Below, piece after piece: positions 35,215-48,323 of a DNA stretch of 64,000 bases. Under the pieces are notes generated by a model. It was given only the letters and a program-made list of their open reading frames with translations. It had not been told where the DNA came from and made no database searches. The stretch lies in contig NC_043006.1 of the NCBI RefSeq assembly GCF_006345805.1, positions 41,106,001-41,170,000 of the forward strand. The letters are read 5' to 3'. Positions within the stretch are counted from its first letter, which is position 1; every line of letters starts with the position of its first letter. The position numbers and the translations under genes were made by a program. The DNA comes from Octopus sinensis. Its lineage: Eukaryota.

Positions 35215-36564
35215 TTTTCCTTTGTCCTTTATTCGATGAAAATCACCAGGGAAAGAGGCAGAAGTTTTTGTGATATACTTATCTCACAGTTTTTTGGTCT
35301 CAGAGATGACCATAGTCAGGAATACTTTTTGGCAGATGATATTTGCAGAAAGATTCCTGACATTTTTTTCACTGCCTTCGTTGTTGGTTTCCGCGTTTAA
35401 ATTTGTTTTTCTTTCTACGCTGTGCAAATATCTGCTTGTTTGTCTAAAGGTCATCCCTTTTTTCCCCTTTCTATTTGTTCAATTTGCTTTTCTAGAACTC
35501 AGGTTTTATGGAAATCCTGTTCAAAATACCCGGGAATGTGTTCGTGAAAAGTAGAAGTAAAAGACGTGCTTCTCATTACAGAAACATAGGAATATTTCCA
35601 AAATAAGATACACAAAAATGTCTGACGACAACCTATATTCTTCCTAAGATGAAAATACTTATTAAATACTTTTTATTAATATTGGTGTGAAGTTATCCGT
35701 TATAATCCCCTTTTTAACAAGTAGTGGTTTATTTACGAGTTGTAAAGTAGCCGATAATTCATCAATATAGCATATTTATTAAATACTTTTCAATCCTAAG
35801 GTAAAAAAAATGGATAATCAAATTTTCAGATGCGTAATAATCCGAAAAATGTGTTTATGAAATACACACGATAAACCGATTATTCCTGTACTGTTACTGT
35901 TTAGGTTAATGTCTACACTTGTTTGGTTACTGCTAGATTTTCATTCCTAATCTATTTGTATCTGGTTTATGTGAGTCTTCTCCATGGAGTAAGTAAGAAT
36001 TGATTGAATAAAATGGACATACGGCTGTATACAACTCGTATTGTTTCCGTCAAATTTAGGCAATGAAAAATGCGAAGTTAATTCATAACCGTCAAATACA
36101 GAACGATATGTAATGAAATATTCAACAGACATTGCCTATCTACGCCTCTGTAGAAATAGGTCATTAAAAGATGATCCTCAGATGTTTAATCTGTATTGGT
36201 TTCCGATTTTTATTCGATTTCCTTGAAGTGTATTTCAACACCTGTTAGATTTTCTTGGTTTTCGACAACCGGGACAGCTCCAACCACAGAGGAGTGTCTC
36301 AACAAATGTCGACATACCAACAAATGAACTTCAAACTGCAAATATTAATAAAGGGATATTGACTTTATGGAGGTATGATTTTTGTGATGTTGTTTGTTGT
36401 GTCACAAAAAGCCATCTCTCTATCTCTCTCTATATATTATTCACTCACACATACATATATATGTACTAGCATATATGTATATGTATCAATGTATGTATAA
36501 ATAAACGTACATGCATTTATATATGTATATTGACATACATTTAAACATATGTATCTATATACTT

Positions 36565-36614
<50 letters not shown>

Positions 36615-36789
36615 TTCGAGACAAAACCACTATTTTGCAAATTTAATCCTAAATCTGATTTTTTTCCCTGTAATTTTGGATTTATTCCCTAATATTTATT
36701 ATATATTATATATATATATTATATATATATATATATAATATATATATATAATATATATACATACATACACACAAGCATACATACATATA

Positions 36790-36824
<35 letters not shown>

Positions 36825-37504
36825 TATATATATTCTTTGGAGAACAGAAAACGAATTATTTTAAATAACCCAATCCAGAAACTGAGGAAACGAGAGATAC
36901 TCCCAGTCAGTAAATAGTAGAGTACAGTATTCAAATACTGGAAAAAAAATTTTAAGTCTGGAAGAGGAAGAAAAATTTAACATTAAGGTTGAACTCTTCA
37001 TTAAAAAGAGATAAAATGTTTACTTGTGTTACTGAATAAATAAAATGGGATGACAATTACTATAAAATATTTTTTCCCGTTGTGCGTTGGACTCAATGAC
37101 AGGAAACTATTGATTTTTTTTCCCCAAGCAGACACACTCACAGATTCTATATTCTAGCAACTGAAATGAAGAAAATGGAATATTACAACGTTCATATCTT
37201 ACCCGAGGGCGTTAGTGATATAAATGAAATAAATAAAATGAAGCTGTTTCTAATAAGATTCGAAACCAAGTTGTGATTTTTACTCCCCAGAAATTTATTC
37301 TTTTCTTCACTATGGTCATCAATTCTGAAATATTGATTCCTTCACAAGATAAATCACGTCTTCTTGTAAAGGAGATTATAACGGATACCACTTCACCAGT
37401 ATATGCGAAGGGTAATTAATTTCATCGACTTTGCTGTAGTAAATACTTCAATAGCATTTTGTATGGTACTTCGCCACCTTAACTATCGGAAAAAATTGAC
37501 AGTG

Positions 37505-37720
37505 TCAAACTTTGGCACAGGGCCAGCAATTTCGGGGGGATGGGTAAGTCGATAACATCAACCCCAATACTCAACTGGTACTTATTTTATCGCCCCAGAA
37601 GAGAAAAAAGACGAAGTCAACCTTGGTGGAATTTGAAATCGGAACGCAAAGACAGACGAAACGCCGTTAAGCAATTTTTTTTTGTAGCGCGGTAACAATT
37701 CTGCTAGTTCGGCGCATCAA
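37505..37720 (-). mobile_element. SINE family A monomer
   Basis: Tail, Meta-like domain, B-box and head, in reverse. Confidence 0.8.
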
Positions 37721-37817
37721 CTATCGGAAAAATATCGCCATGTTTAGAGTTGAACAATTTCAAAAGGAACGGGAAGTAACCAAAGAACCTTTTTTTTATA
37801 AAGAACAACCAATGATA

Positions 37818-37988
37818 GGCGTAGGAGTGGCTGTGTTGTAAGTAGCTTGCTTATGAACCACATGGTTTCGGGTTCAGTCCCACTTTGGGGCACCTTGAGC
37901 AAGTGTCTTCGTCTATAGCCTCGGGCAGATCAAAGCCTTGTGAGTGGATTTGGTAGACGGAAACTGAAAGAAACCCGTCGTATATATG

Positions 37989-38036
<48 letters not shown>

Positions 38037-38240
38037 CGTATTTGTGTGTCTGTTTGTCCTCCAAAATCGCTTGACAACCGATGCTGTTGTGTTTACGTCC
38101 CCGTAACTTAGCGGTTCGGCAAAAGTGACCGATAGAATAAGTACTAGGCTTACAAAGAATTGGTCCTGGGGTCGATTTGCTCGATTAAAGGCGGTGCTTC
38201 AGCATGGCCACAGTCAAATGACTGAAAGAATTAAAAGAAT
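37818..38240 (+). mobile_element. Full-length SINE family B
   Basis: ggcgtaggagtggctgtg head, ggcaccttgagcaagtgtctt CORE-like segment, internal (AT)n, and family tail. Confidence 0.9.
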
Positions 38241-39225
38241 CTCGTCACGTCCTATAAAATTGATGCATGTATACGTATATGTAAATCGTTGTGGTCAAGA
38301 ATTAAATGGATTATTATTTTTTATGTAACGGGTACAAAATCACTCATTTATAAGTTGGCGGGTGGATGGGTACTCTCTTAAACCGTCACAGTATTTGTCT
38401 GGTACTTTATTCCATCGGACCCAGAACGATGAATGGCAAAGTTGATCTCGCTGGGATTCGAGCTAAGAACATCAAGCACCATAATAGAACAGGGCATTTT
38501 GTCCATCACTGTAAATACATCTACTATGCCACCCGCCAACAGCTCTAGTGGAGGTAATTTTATCTGGGTATGAAGCACAGTCGTCGAGGTGCTGCTTTCC
38601 AAAATGGTGCAACGAATATAAAACTATGACCGTTAGAAAAGCAGCGTTGTGAGAGGGAAACACAAACCAGTTGCGAAGACGACTGAATGAAAGAGCGAGT
38701 GAATAAACGGAAAGAGATAGTCGTAGTGGAGGTGGGGGTAATGCAAAATATCAAAGTAAATAAGCCAATCATTACCTCACACATGTAATTACATAGATTT
38801 GGTTGTGGGGCCACCAAAGCGACATCAGATACACTATTGATAATAATCAGTATTGGAGTATTGATGAATTTTTCTGTCAATTCTTTCTTTTCTTCTCTTT
38901 CTTATTACTCTCTTTTTCTCTTTTACTCCTCTCTCTTTCAATTTTTATCTTACCTTATAATATTGTACTCTTACTTTCACTCTATGTCTTTCTCTCTCTA
39001 TGCTTTTCTCTCTCTCTCTCATTCTTTCTCTCTTTCTCACATGCACGGACATACATATGATGTTTTTACAACAGGAATATACTTACAAAATAAATGTATG
39101 TGTGTATTTATCTGTATGATAACACACCTGTCGTAATTGTTTTTGCTGATACGAAAGGGGAGTTATAAATATTACTTCCTCTCCTTCAAGTATTCGTCAC
39201 TCGACCATCCCTTTCTCTCTTACCC

Positions 39226-39227
<2 letters not shown>

Positions 39228-39291
<64 letters not shown>

Positions 39292-39316
39292 GTCTATCTG
39301 TCTGTCTGTCTATCTA

Positions 39317-39415
<99 letters not shown>

Positions 39416-39430
39416 GTCTATCTATCTATC
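39228..39430. repeat. (TATC)n(TGTC)n array
   Basis: Direct reading. Confidence 0.95.
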
Positions 39431-39652
39431 GACATCATAAACGTTAACTCACACCTTCGCAAACAAATAATGAGATCGGAAATTAATGACTGTCGGAAAA
39501 TATATTAATTTCTGTTAATTTATAAATATATAAGTTTATGCATGCATATCAGTCACACACATACACAATCAAACACGCATATACTAGGAGAAGTATACAC
39601 GTCTGATAATAAAAAGAAACACACACACACCACACACACACACACACACACA

Positions 39653-39707
<55 letters not shown>

Positions 39708-39801
39708 TGTAAACACACATATATGTACACATACGTATATAGATGTATGCGTGTATGCTTGTATATAAATTATCCTTTCCTTTCTACTTTTATAATACTC
39801 C

Positions 39802-40041
39802 GTGGAGACGCGTGGCTTAGTGGTTCGGGTGTCACAATCATGATAGTAAGATTGTGGTTTCGATTCCTGGACCGGCCGATGCGTTGTGTTCTGGAGCAAA
39901 ACACTTTATTTCACGTTGCTCCAGTCCACTCAGCTGGCAAAAATGAGTAACCCTGGCGTCCCGTCCATTGAAACCGGGAAACCGGGCCCATGAGTCTGGT
40001 TAGACTTTAAAAGGGCGCATTTATTATTTCTTTTATTTTTC
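39802..40041 (+). mobile_element. SINE family C variant with TSD
   Basis: Head tggagacgcgtggcttagtgg. TSD ataatactcc at 39792-39801 and 40042-40051. Confidence 0.85.
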
Positions 40042-40325
40042 ATAATACTCCAAGAAGTAAAACTGTCGAAACGGGGATCAAAACCGGTATACTATTGATA
40101 AAATCTAATTTACTCTCTGTCGACCATATCAAACGCCTTCAGAATCTCTACATGAGATGTTTTGGTAGAGAGGCGGAGCAATATAAATGTAAGCTATCTG
40201 TTTGGTGCTGGTCATAATGTCACTTGGTAGGTATCGCAATATTTAGGTAAATTCTTGAGTTTTCTGCTTGCATCTGGAACAATTTCATTTCACATTATTA
40301 TCTGTTCTTTCTGCTATACTCTCTT

Positions 40326-40708
40326 TTTCTCTTTTACTTGTTTCAGTCATTTAACTGTGGCCATGCTGGAGCACCGCCTTTAGTCGATCGAGCAAATCGA
40401 CCCCAGGACTTATTTTTTGTAAGCCTAGTACTTATTCTATCGGTCTCTTTTGCCGAACCGCTAAGTTACGGGGACGTAAACACACCAGCATCGGTTGTCA
40501 AGCGATATTGGGAGACAAGCACAGACACACACATATATATACGACTGGCTTCTTTCAGTTTCCGTCAACCAAATCCACTGACAAGGCTTTGGTCGGCCCG
40601 AGGCTATAGTAGAAGACACTTGTCCAAGGTGCCACGTATTGGGACTGAACCCAGAACCATGTGGTTGGCAAGCAAGGAAGCTAATTACAACACAGCCACT
40701 CCTACACC
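40326..40708 (-). mobile_element. Full-length SINE family B
   Basis: Matches the 37818 copy in reverse. Confidence 0.9.
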
Positions 40709-40759
40709 TATTAGTAGAAAATTTGAAATTCGTTGATAATATCGACCTCAGAGCTAGTC

Positions 40760-41560
40760 GTTGATATCGATCGAATGACGGCAAAGTCGGTGTTGCAGTA
40801 TTTGAACTCAGACAGTAAGAGCCGGAAGAAATGCCGTCAAGCATTTTGTCCGGCGCGATAACAATTCTTTCAGCTCGACGCCTTTAACTTCACATTGTTA
40901 ATCTTTACAAACAAGGCAGCGAGCTGGCAGAAACGTTAGCACGCCGGGCGAAATGCCTAGCGGTATTTCGTCTGGCGCTACGTTCTGAGTTCAAATTCCG
41001 CCGAGGTCGACTTTGCCTTTCATCCTTTCGGGGTCGATTAAATAAGTACCCGTTACATCACTGGGGTCGATATAATCGACTTAATCCGTTTGTCTGTCTT
41101 TATTTGTCCCCTCTATGTTTAGCTCCTTGTGAGCAATAAAGAAATAAGAAACGTTAGCATGCCGGGCGAAATTCTTAGCGGTAGGTATTTCGTCTGCCGT
41201 TACGTTCTGAGTCCAAATTCCGCCGAGGTCGACTTTGCCTTTCATCTTTTCGGGGTCGATTAATTAAGTACCAGTTACGCACTGGGGTTGATGTAATCGA
41301 CTTAATCCCTTTGTTTGTCCCCTCTATGTTTAGCCCCTTGTGGGCAATAAAGAAATAAGAAATGTTAGGACGCCGGCCAAAATGCTCAGAGCTATTTTGT
41401 CCGTCCTTATGGTCTGAGTTCAAATTCCACCGAGGTCGACTTTACCTTTCATCATTTCGGGATCGATAAATTAAGTACCAGTTGCGTACTGCGGTCTATG
41501 TAATCAACTTATCCTCTCCCCCCAAATTCCAGGCCTTGAGTCTATAGTAGAAAGGATTAT
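40760..41560. mobile_element. Head-to-head family A pair: minus 40760-40885 and plus trimer 40912-41560
   Basis: Plus-strand units restart at agaaa(c/t)gttag near 41147 and 41358. Confidence 0.88.
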
Positions 41561-41679
41561 TAACTATTACAAATTTTGGTACGAGGCCAGCAATCGTGCA
41601 GGTGGGTGGGGACAAATGATCCCGAGAAGATGAAAGTCAATGTCGACCATGGTGGTATTTGAATTTATTTTTGATTTAA

Positions 41680-42205
41680 AATTTTGGTTAGAAGGCCAGC
41701 AATTTCCGGTGAGGGAGAAAGTCGATGAACAGGGACTTATTTTAACGAACATGGGAGGATGAATCGCAAAGTCAACCTTGGCGGAATTTTCACTCAGAAC
41801 GTAGACCAGTAGTTCCCAATGTTTTGACTACCAAGGAACCCCTTTTATTTAAATGAGCTTTCCCACGTACTCAAGAATATTAAAATGTATGTCAGCTTAC
41901 CATGTTCACGGACCCGCAGGGATACGCTGGTCACAGGTTGGGAACCACTGACGTAGACTGACGAAATACCTATTTCTATTTCTTTACTACCCACAAGGGG
42001 CTAAACAGAGAGGACAAACAAGGACAGACAAACGGATTAAGTCGATTATATCGACCCCAGTGCGTAACTGGTACTTATTTAATCGATCCCGAAATGATGA
42101 AAGGCAAAGTCGACCTCGGCGGAATTTGAACTCAGAACGTAGCGATGGGCGAAATACTTGAGAGCATTTCGTCCAGCGCGCTGACGATTGTGCCAGCTGG
42201 CCGCC
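41680..42205 (-). mobile_element. Family A dimer interrupted by a hAT MITE
   Basis: SINE sequence resumes exactly after the TSD at 41951-41958. Confidence 0.85.
41807..41950. mobile_element. 144-bp hAT MITE
   Basis: 13-bp TIR cagtagttcccaa / ttgggaaccactg and a perfect 8-bp TSD acgtagac. Confidence 0.92.
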
Positions 42206-42235
42206 CTAAGCTTCACATTGTTAATAGCTATTGTT

Positions 42236-42455
42236 AAGCAGTGAACTGGCAGAACTGTAATATCGCCGGGCAAAATGATTAAGATTCCTTCCGGATTTTA
42301 GATCCCGAGTTCAAAATTGCCAAGGTTGATTTTGCCTTTCATCCTTTCGGAGTCGATAAAATAAGCACTATTTCCGCGCTGTAGAAGATGTAATCGACTT
42401 CGCCTTCACTCAAAATACTGATCTCATGTCAAAATTAGAAAGAATTATTATTAAA
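42236..42455 (+). mobile_element. Diverged family A monomer
   Basis: Head, B-box gagttcaaaatt, Meta-like domain and tail. Confidence 0.75.
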
Positions 42456-44589
42456 AATTAATCATAATATCAATATCCTGCAGTGGACTATTTAATAACA
42501 AATGTCTCTCTCTCTCCATGAGTCTTTATTTCACTTTCTTCCTATTATCCCGCTTCGTTTATATGTATCATATAACATATGTCTCATGTAACATAGTACT
42601 CTGTCTGTCTGCTTGTCTGTCTTCTGTCTGTTTTTGTTCTTTTTATCATACTTCGTTTAGTTTTATGTATCATATATCACAAAAAGAAAAACAAAATTCA
42701 TAAACTAAGAAAATCCTTTGTGGTGTAAGGTGAGATAAGTTCTTTCGCTTTGGAAGTATTTCTTACTTGTATTGATTTTTACCGATTTGGACCATCGCTA
42801 GTTATCTTTGCTTAAAAAAAAATAGAAAGAATTAGGCTAAAGGTAACCATTTAACGATCGCAATCTGCTTATTGACGTCAATGACTGTTTTCTGCGCTAT
42901 TTTTTTCTTTGTGGTTTGTTTTAAAACTGTATTTCATTGCTTCTGAAATATCTCAATTTTGAAAGTAATGCCGCAGAAACTGAGAATTGAAAGAGATTTC
43001 CATCTCAGTTTTGAAATATCTTATCTGCCGGTAGCTGAAATAGTGTTGCAGATTGGCTGTCTAGGGACTTACTTATAACCTTTCGATATCATTGATTGAT
43101 TTAAAATGCCTTAAACTTGAGCGCATTGGAAAACTGGAAGTCATACAGCAAATTCTTTTCCCTTAAGGACATTAGCAAACAACGAAAATGAGGTTAAATG
43201 ACTCCAATTATGAATTGAAACCTCTCCGTCGTCTCTGTTTATCAACAGTTTATATTCTTTCTCGACGGTAATAGCCCACCACCACCACAACAGTAATTTT
43301 ATTAAATTTTTTTTGACAAGGTGGCGCCTACGTAGTCACTCAACATATTAGAAAGAACGAAATTTCCATCATATTACATTCTATCGTCATGAGAAAGAAA
43401 AGGCTACGTTCTGTAATGTTATTCAAGATAAATGACTAAGAAGTCATCTCTGGAGCCACTTTGATCATAATGTTGTTCAATCAAGTCTGACAAGTAACTA
43501 AACAACTACAAAAACAAGAACAACAACAGAAGGAGTAGCAACAGTAACTGATTTCATTTTCACCAAACAATGCTTTTGTAACCATGTAGAAAAAGCAATC
43601 GGTTACTTCTACATTCCTGTATTTCTTGTACTCATTCCATCAGCCAGACATTGATGAGAGACAAAGCTGATTTCAGCAATATGAACATACGATGCATAAA
43701 AAAACGATTTTGTTGCGGTAAAGTGTCTAGTTCGGTGTTATAATGTCTTGGCTGTTTCTACATCCTTTAATACATATTAAAGTTTCAAATTAACTTCATA
43801 GTCACTTGGTAGAAAATCTCTTTTTTTTATCAAAGGTCTATATGTGAAAGGAGTGTTACAGATACTTCAGTCACTGTGAGCGTTGCCCTGATTGTCAAAT
43901 CAGCGTTGCCCTGATTTCATCTTCAGTTTAATGTCGCATTCATTGCTCTGTGTGTATTATTTTATAGAAATTGTCGTTGCTGGATATGTGGTTCTCCGTT
44001 CTAAGTGATGGAGCTGTCATATCATTTATTCTTATCAATATTGTCATGGCACTGCAATGTGAGACATTAATTTCATTTAGGCCTTCTTAATTGCCATAAG
44101 TAATGTTAATTTAGAGCCTGGTAACCCTTTAAACGGTCGACTTTTTACTGAAAGAAGAGATTGCACCAGTGAACTCTGCCGACCCTTTGTCAATAGATTA
44201 TTTGTATGCATGAGGCCAATGAAAGTTTATTAGCTGGTTATTCTTAGTTCAAATCTTCCCATGGAAGGCAGAAATGTATTGATATTGACCCAGTTGCACA
44301 GGTAAGTAAAGAGGAAGCACTGGAATGCTTCTTTGCTGCACACCCCTCCATGTATGAGATGCATCCATTGAATTACTTACCTGCTGAAAAACTTTATTTT
44401 CACTTTCTTCTGTTCTATGTGAAGGAGATGTCATATCATTTATTCTTATGTAGCATTTTGTTTCTAAGACAGCATGGTGTGATTTCCAGGAGTGTTTCTT
44501 GCCTCTTGTAGCAAGTTGAATATTTCCCTTTACGTACTTGTTATTTAAAAAAAAATAGGTAGTGGGTAGCGATTTTCTTCTCTACTTCA

Positions 44590-44905
44590 GGGAGTGACGA
44601 TCCTGTTTGACACGAGTCCCAGGCTCAGTATGGCCACCTATCCAAGGTTACGGAAAGGAGACATCCTTCAAAGAAATCCGGAGTGGAGCCCCGTAAGCAG
44701 TTTAGTGTTCGCCTCGACACTTTTCCGGCAGATCCAGCAATCAAGTTGGTGCCAAACGTAATGCTCTGCACTCCTCCTTTGGACTACGTCAGCAAAGTCG
44801 AGAGAGGAATCCTGACGACTGGGCTACCCAGGATTTTCTTACATCTAGCCCAGGCCTGCGGAAAACTGGAGAGGAAACTGGATGATGATGACGATGATGA
44901 TGAAG
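44590..44905 (+). mobile_element. Possible RTE-clade LINE 3' end with (GAT)n tail
   Basis: GC-richer island with RRHPSKK and LLLWT segments resembling the RTE C-terminus, followed by (GAT)n. Confidence 0.4.
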
Positions 44906-45369
44906 GATGCCAACAACAACAAAAGGATGCCAACAATAACAACAATTTAAAAAACAAGGATGATATAAATGATCATTGCCAACTCCCTCTATCCCCCGCC
45001 CTTGATGTCGCTGAAGCTCCTTTATTGTAATATCAGGGAAATGTGATCTGAGTGACTTATATGCTATGGAAACCAGGTAATCGACCTTATAAATCCTAAT
45101 GCCCTAGACACCCCGCCCACAAAAAAACCCCCCAGAAAATCTTTTATTTCGAGAATCAGTCGTAACTGATTAGCTTCCATCACTTTTTCACGACTTCAGA
45201 AATTATTGAGTTTCCTCTCTGAAATGCATTAAATTTACAACGAAGATATCTGTGTTGCTTTATTAATTATCAAGTTATAAACTCACTGATATTGATTCAA
45301 CTTTCTATCCTCACCACAACTCAATGAATTAGTTTATTATTTATGTGTCTCATTGCCTGTCTATAGATA

Positions 45370-45477
45370 TTTATGTACGCATGTATGTATGTATGATATA
45401 TGCAGTCAAACATATACGCATGTATATGAATGCTATGATGCAATGACAGCTATGTCTTATTACCTCAGATATATACA

Positions 45478-45544
<67 letters not shown>

Positions 45545-45594
45545 ACACAAGTACACAAACACACTTACATGCACACACATGTATATACATGCGT

Positions 45595-45651
<57 letters not shown>

Positions 45652-45755
45652 CATATGTATACATATAAGTGAATGTATGCATGTATGTATATATGCATGC
45701 ATGTGTGTATACACATACACACACATGCACACGCATATATACGTATATACATACG

Positions 45756-45795
<40 letters not shown>

Positions 45796-45836
45796 AACAC
45801 ACATATATATATATTGCAGGGAGGAGAGAGAGAGAG

Positions 45837-45900
<64 letters not shown>
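45370..45900. repeat. (AT)n/(AC)n/(AG)n compound array
   Basis: Direct reading. Confidence 0.95.
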
Positions 45901-45906
<6 letters not shown>

Positions 45907-46099
45907 TCTCTGTCCATTTGGCGGGTATAGTTTCATATACCCCGCAATCAACCGATCTACTCTGGCTACATATTATAGATCGAAGCGGCGATGAAGGCGA
46001 CGCTAATGGCGGATGGTGTGATAATTGATATTTCTACTTTGACCCCGAAATGGATGCAGTTGGGTCAGCAGTCTGAAGTTTGAATTAGGAACATGCAAT

Positions 46100-46362
46100 G
46101 ATAAATAAAACAAAACAAAACAGCAACAACAACAACAAAACGTCCACAGCACAGCAACAGCAACAACAACAACAAAACGTCCACAGCACAGCAACAGCAA
46201 CAACAACAACAGCAACAACAGCAACAGTTTCAGAAAAGTAAAAGTGAAATGAAACGGGGAAAGAAAATCGAAACAAAGGAAAAAGAAACAGCCCCATTAA
46301 AAAAAAAAAAAAAACTTACAGAAATAACACGAAGCGCAAAACTGAGAGATCTATCATAGATT

Positions 46363-46398
<36 letters not shown>

Positions 46399-46770
46399 AA
46401 TAGTGCAGCGGCATATAAGAACAAGCGTAGCTGCGCAAATGACAACGGTGATGATGATGATGATGAGGAGGAGGAGGAGGAGGATGATGCTGACGATGAT
46501 GATGCTGACGATGATGATGCTGATGATGATGATGGTAATGATGGTGATGATAATGATGATGATTATAATGATGATGATGATGCTGACGATGATAATGACG
46601 ATGATGTGGATGATGATAACGATGATGACGATGATGATGAAGGAAATGATAACAATATAACTATAGCAAGGGCAACAAGTGAATGATGATTCACGTCCTC
46701 CTCCTTCACCCCTTCCTCATTGTCATCATTAATTATCATCATCATCATTAACAACATCATCATCATCATG
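46100..46770. repeat. (AAC)n, (ACT)n, (GAT)n and (CAT)n tracts
   Basis: Direct reading. Confidence 0.9.
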
Positions 46771-46904
46771 GAAAACAGTCAATGAGGAAGAATACCATCA
46801 GCAGTAACGATATTGACATCGATTGCTGCAATGACTGCGATCGTTTTCTTTGCAACATCATCAGCACAACAGCAGATCCAGCAAAAACTGCAGCCTCCCG
46901 CCAA

Positions 46905-47150
46905 CGGCATGACCGTTTCCAACCGTCGGGTACGACGACGAGTGTTCCAGTTGATCCAATCAACGGAACAGCCTGCTCGTGAAATTAACGTGCAAGTGGC
47001 TGAGCACCCCAGAGACATGTGTACCCTTAACGTAGTTCTCGGGAAGGTTCAGCGTGACACAGAGTGTAACAAGGCTGGTCTCTTTGAAATACAGGTACAA
47101 CAGAAACAAGAAGAAAGAGTGGGAGAAAGTTGTGGTGAAAGAATCACTGC
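46905..47150 (-). mobile_element. 5'-truncated SINE family C
   Basis: Matches the 3' two-thirds of the 51583 and 55290 copies. Confidence 0.85.
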
Positions 47151-48033
47151 TATAATCCACAACGAATCACTTTTAGGTCAGTTGACCATTTAACATCCTA
47201 CTATTCTCATACCACATGTATCCCTTATTATTCTCTCTTCTCTTTCCCCTTCTTCTTCTTCTTCTTCTTCTTCTTCTTCTTCTTCTTCTTCTTCCCTGCC
47301 AAGAATTCACAACGACCTCCAACCCACAAGAGTAAACAAGAGAGACAGAGACAGGCAGAAACAAGGAAAATACCCCCTGGTATTTGAATACTATGCAAAT
47401 ATTCTTTTTAAAAACTTTTCTTTTAATTTTTACAAAATTTAATTGTTTTCCATACTTACAGTTGAAAGAGTCTCAATGACTGAAACCGGTACTGAAATGT
47501 TATATATATATATACATATATATGACTGAAACAAATAAAAGGTAAATATATATAAGATTGAGCATGGTTTCTTAATCTTAGATAGGATAGAGATTCCAAA
47601 CTATTATTTGCGTCATCAATAACTTGCAGTTAGTTGCTGAAAGTGATGAAAATGTGAACTATTTCAATTATTTTCGGAGTGATTTTCTCGAAGCAGCAGT
47701 TTTTGTGTCCTGCTTGTTGATCCGATTAGCTCCACTCGTTGATTCAATTGGGTCTGCTTCATACACTCTTACTAGTTTTTCTCGCCTGCCTCTCCAGACC
47801 ACTAGGGCAGAAACTCAATAAGTATTAGTATTTCTTACTGTCACCTGCATAACTGTCATATCATGTTTCGTCCTGGAATAAAGCTCCGGAATGCCTTTGT
47901 GGTTTTCGTTGATCGTCAGATTTTGAATATTCATGCATATTCCACACGACCAAAGTTTGTTTACTGCGGCACGGTAGATCTCATGCACCACAAAGGTGGT
48001 AATGATTAAAAAATCACTAACACTGATAATGTC

Positions 48034-48239
48034 GTTCTATATTTAAGAGATGAGGAATTATGTGCATTATTTACATTATTTACATTTGACTGATATTTGT
48101 CGTCATCTTGTTTGTTGTTAACACGACGTTTCGGCTGATATACTCTTCAGCGTTCATCAGGTGTCTTGGGGCATATGGCATAATGGTTAAGAGCGCAGGC
48201 TACTAACCCCAAGATTCCGAGTTCGATTCCAGGCAGTAA

Positions 48240-48323
<84 letters not shown>

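Noticed and set aside
37352-37411. GDYNGYHFTSICEG resembling a nuclear-receptor zinc finger
   Set aside because: Spacing is two residues short, the upstream CxxC is absent and a stop follows. Probably chance.
46766-47193. Overlapping ORFs on both strands, also at 23118, 23853, 40338, 51638, 55335 and 57302
   Set aside because: They fall within SINE copies; the same peptides recur wherever the SINE does.
48169-48243. Possible tRNA gene (and other tRNA-like heads)
   Set aside because: A and B boxes are present but there is no convincing acceptor stem or T-run terminator, and it is fused to a repeat tail. Treated as a SINE head.
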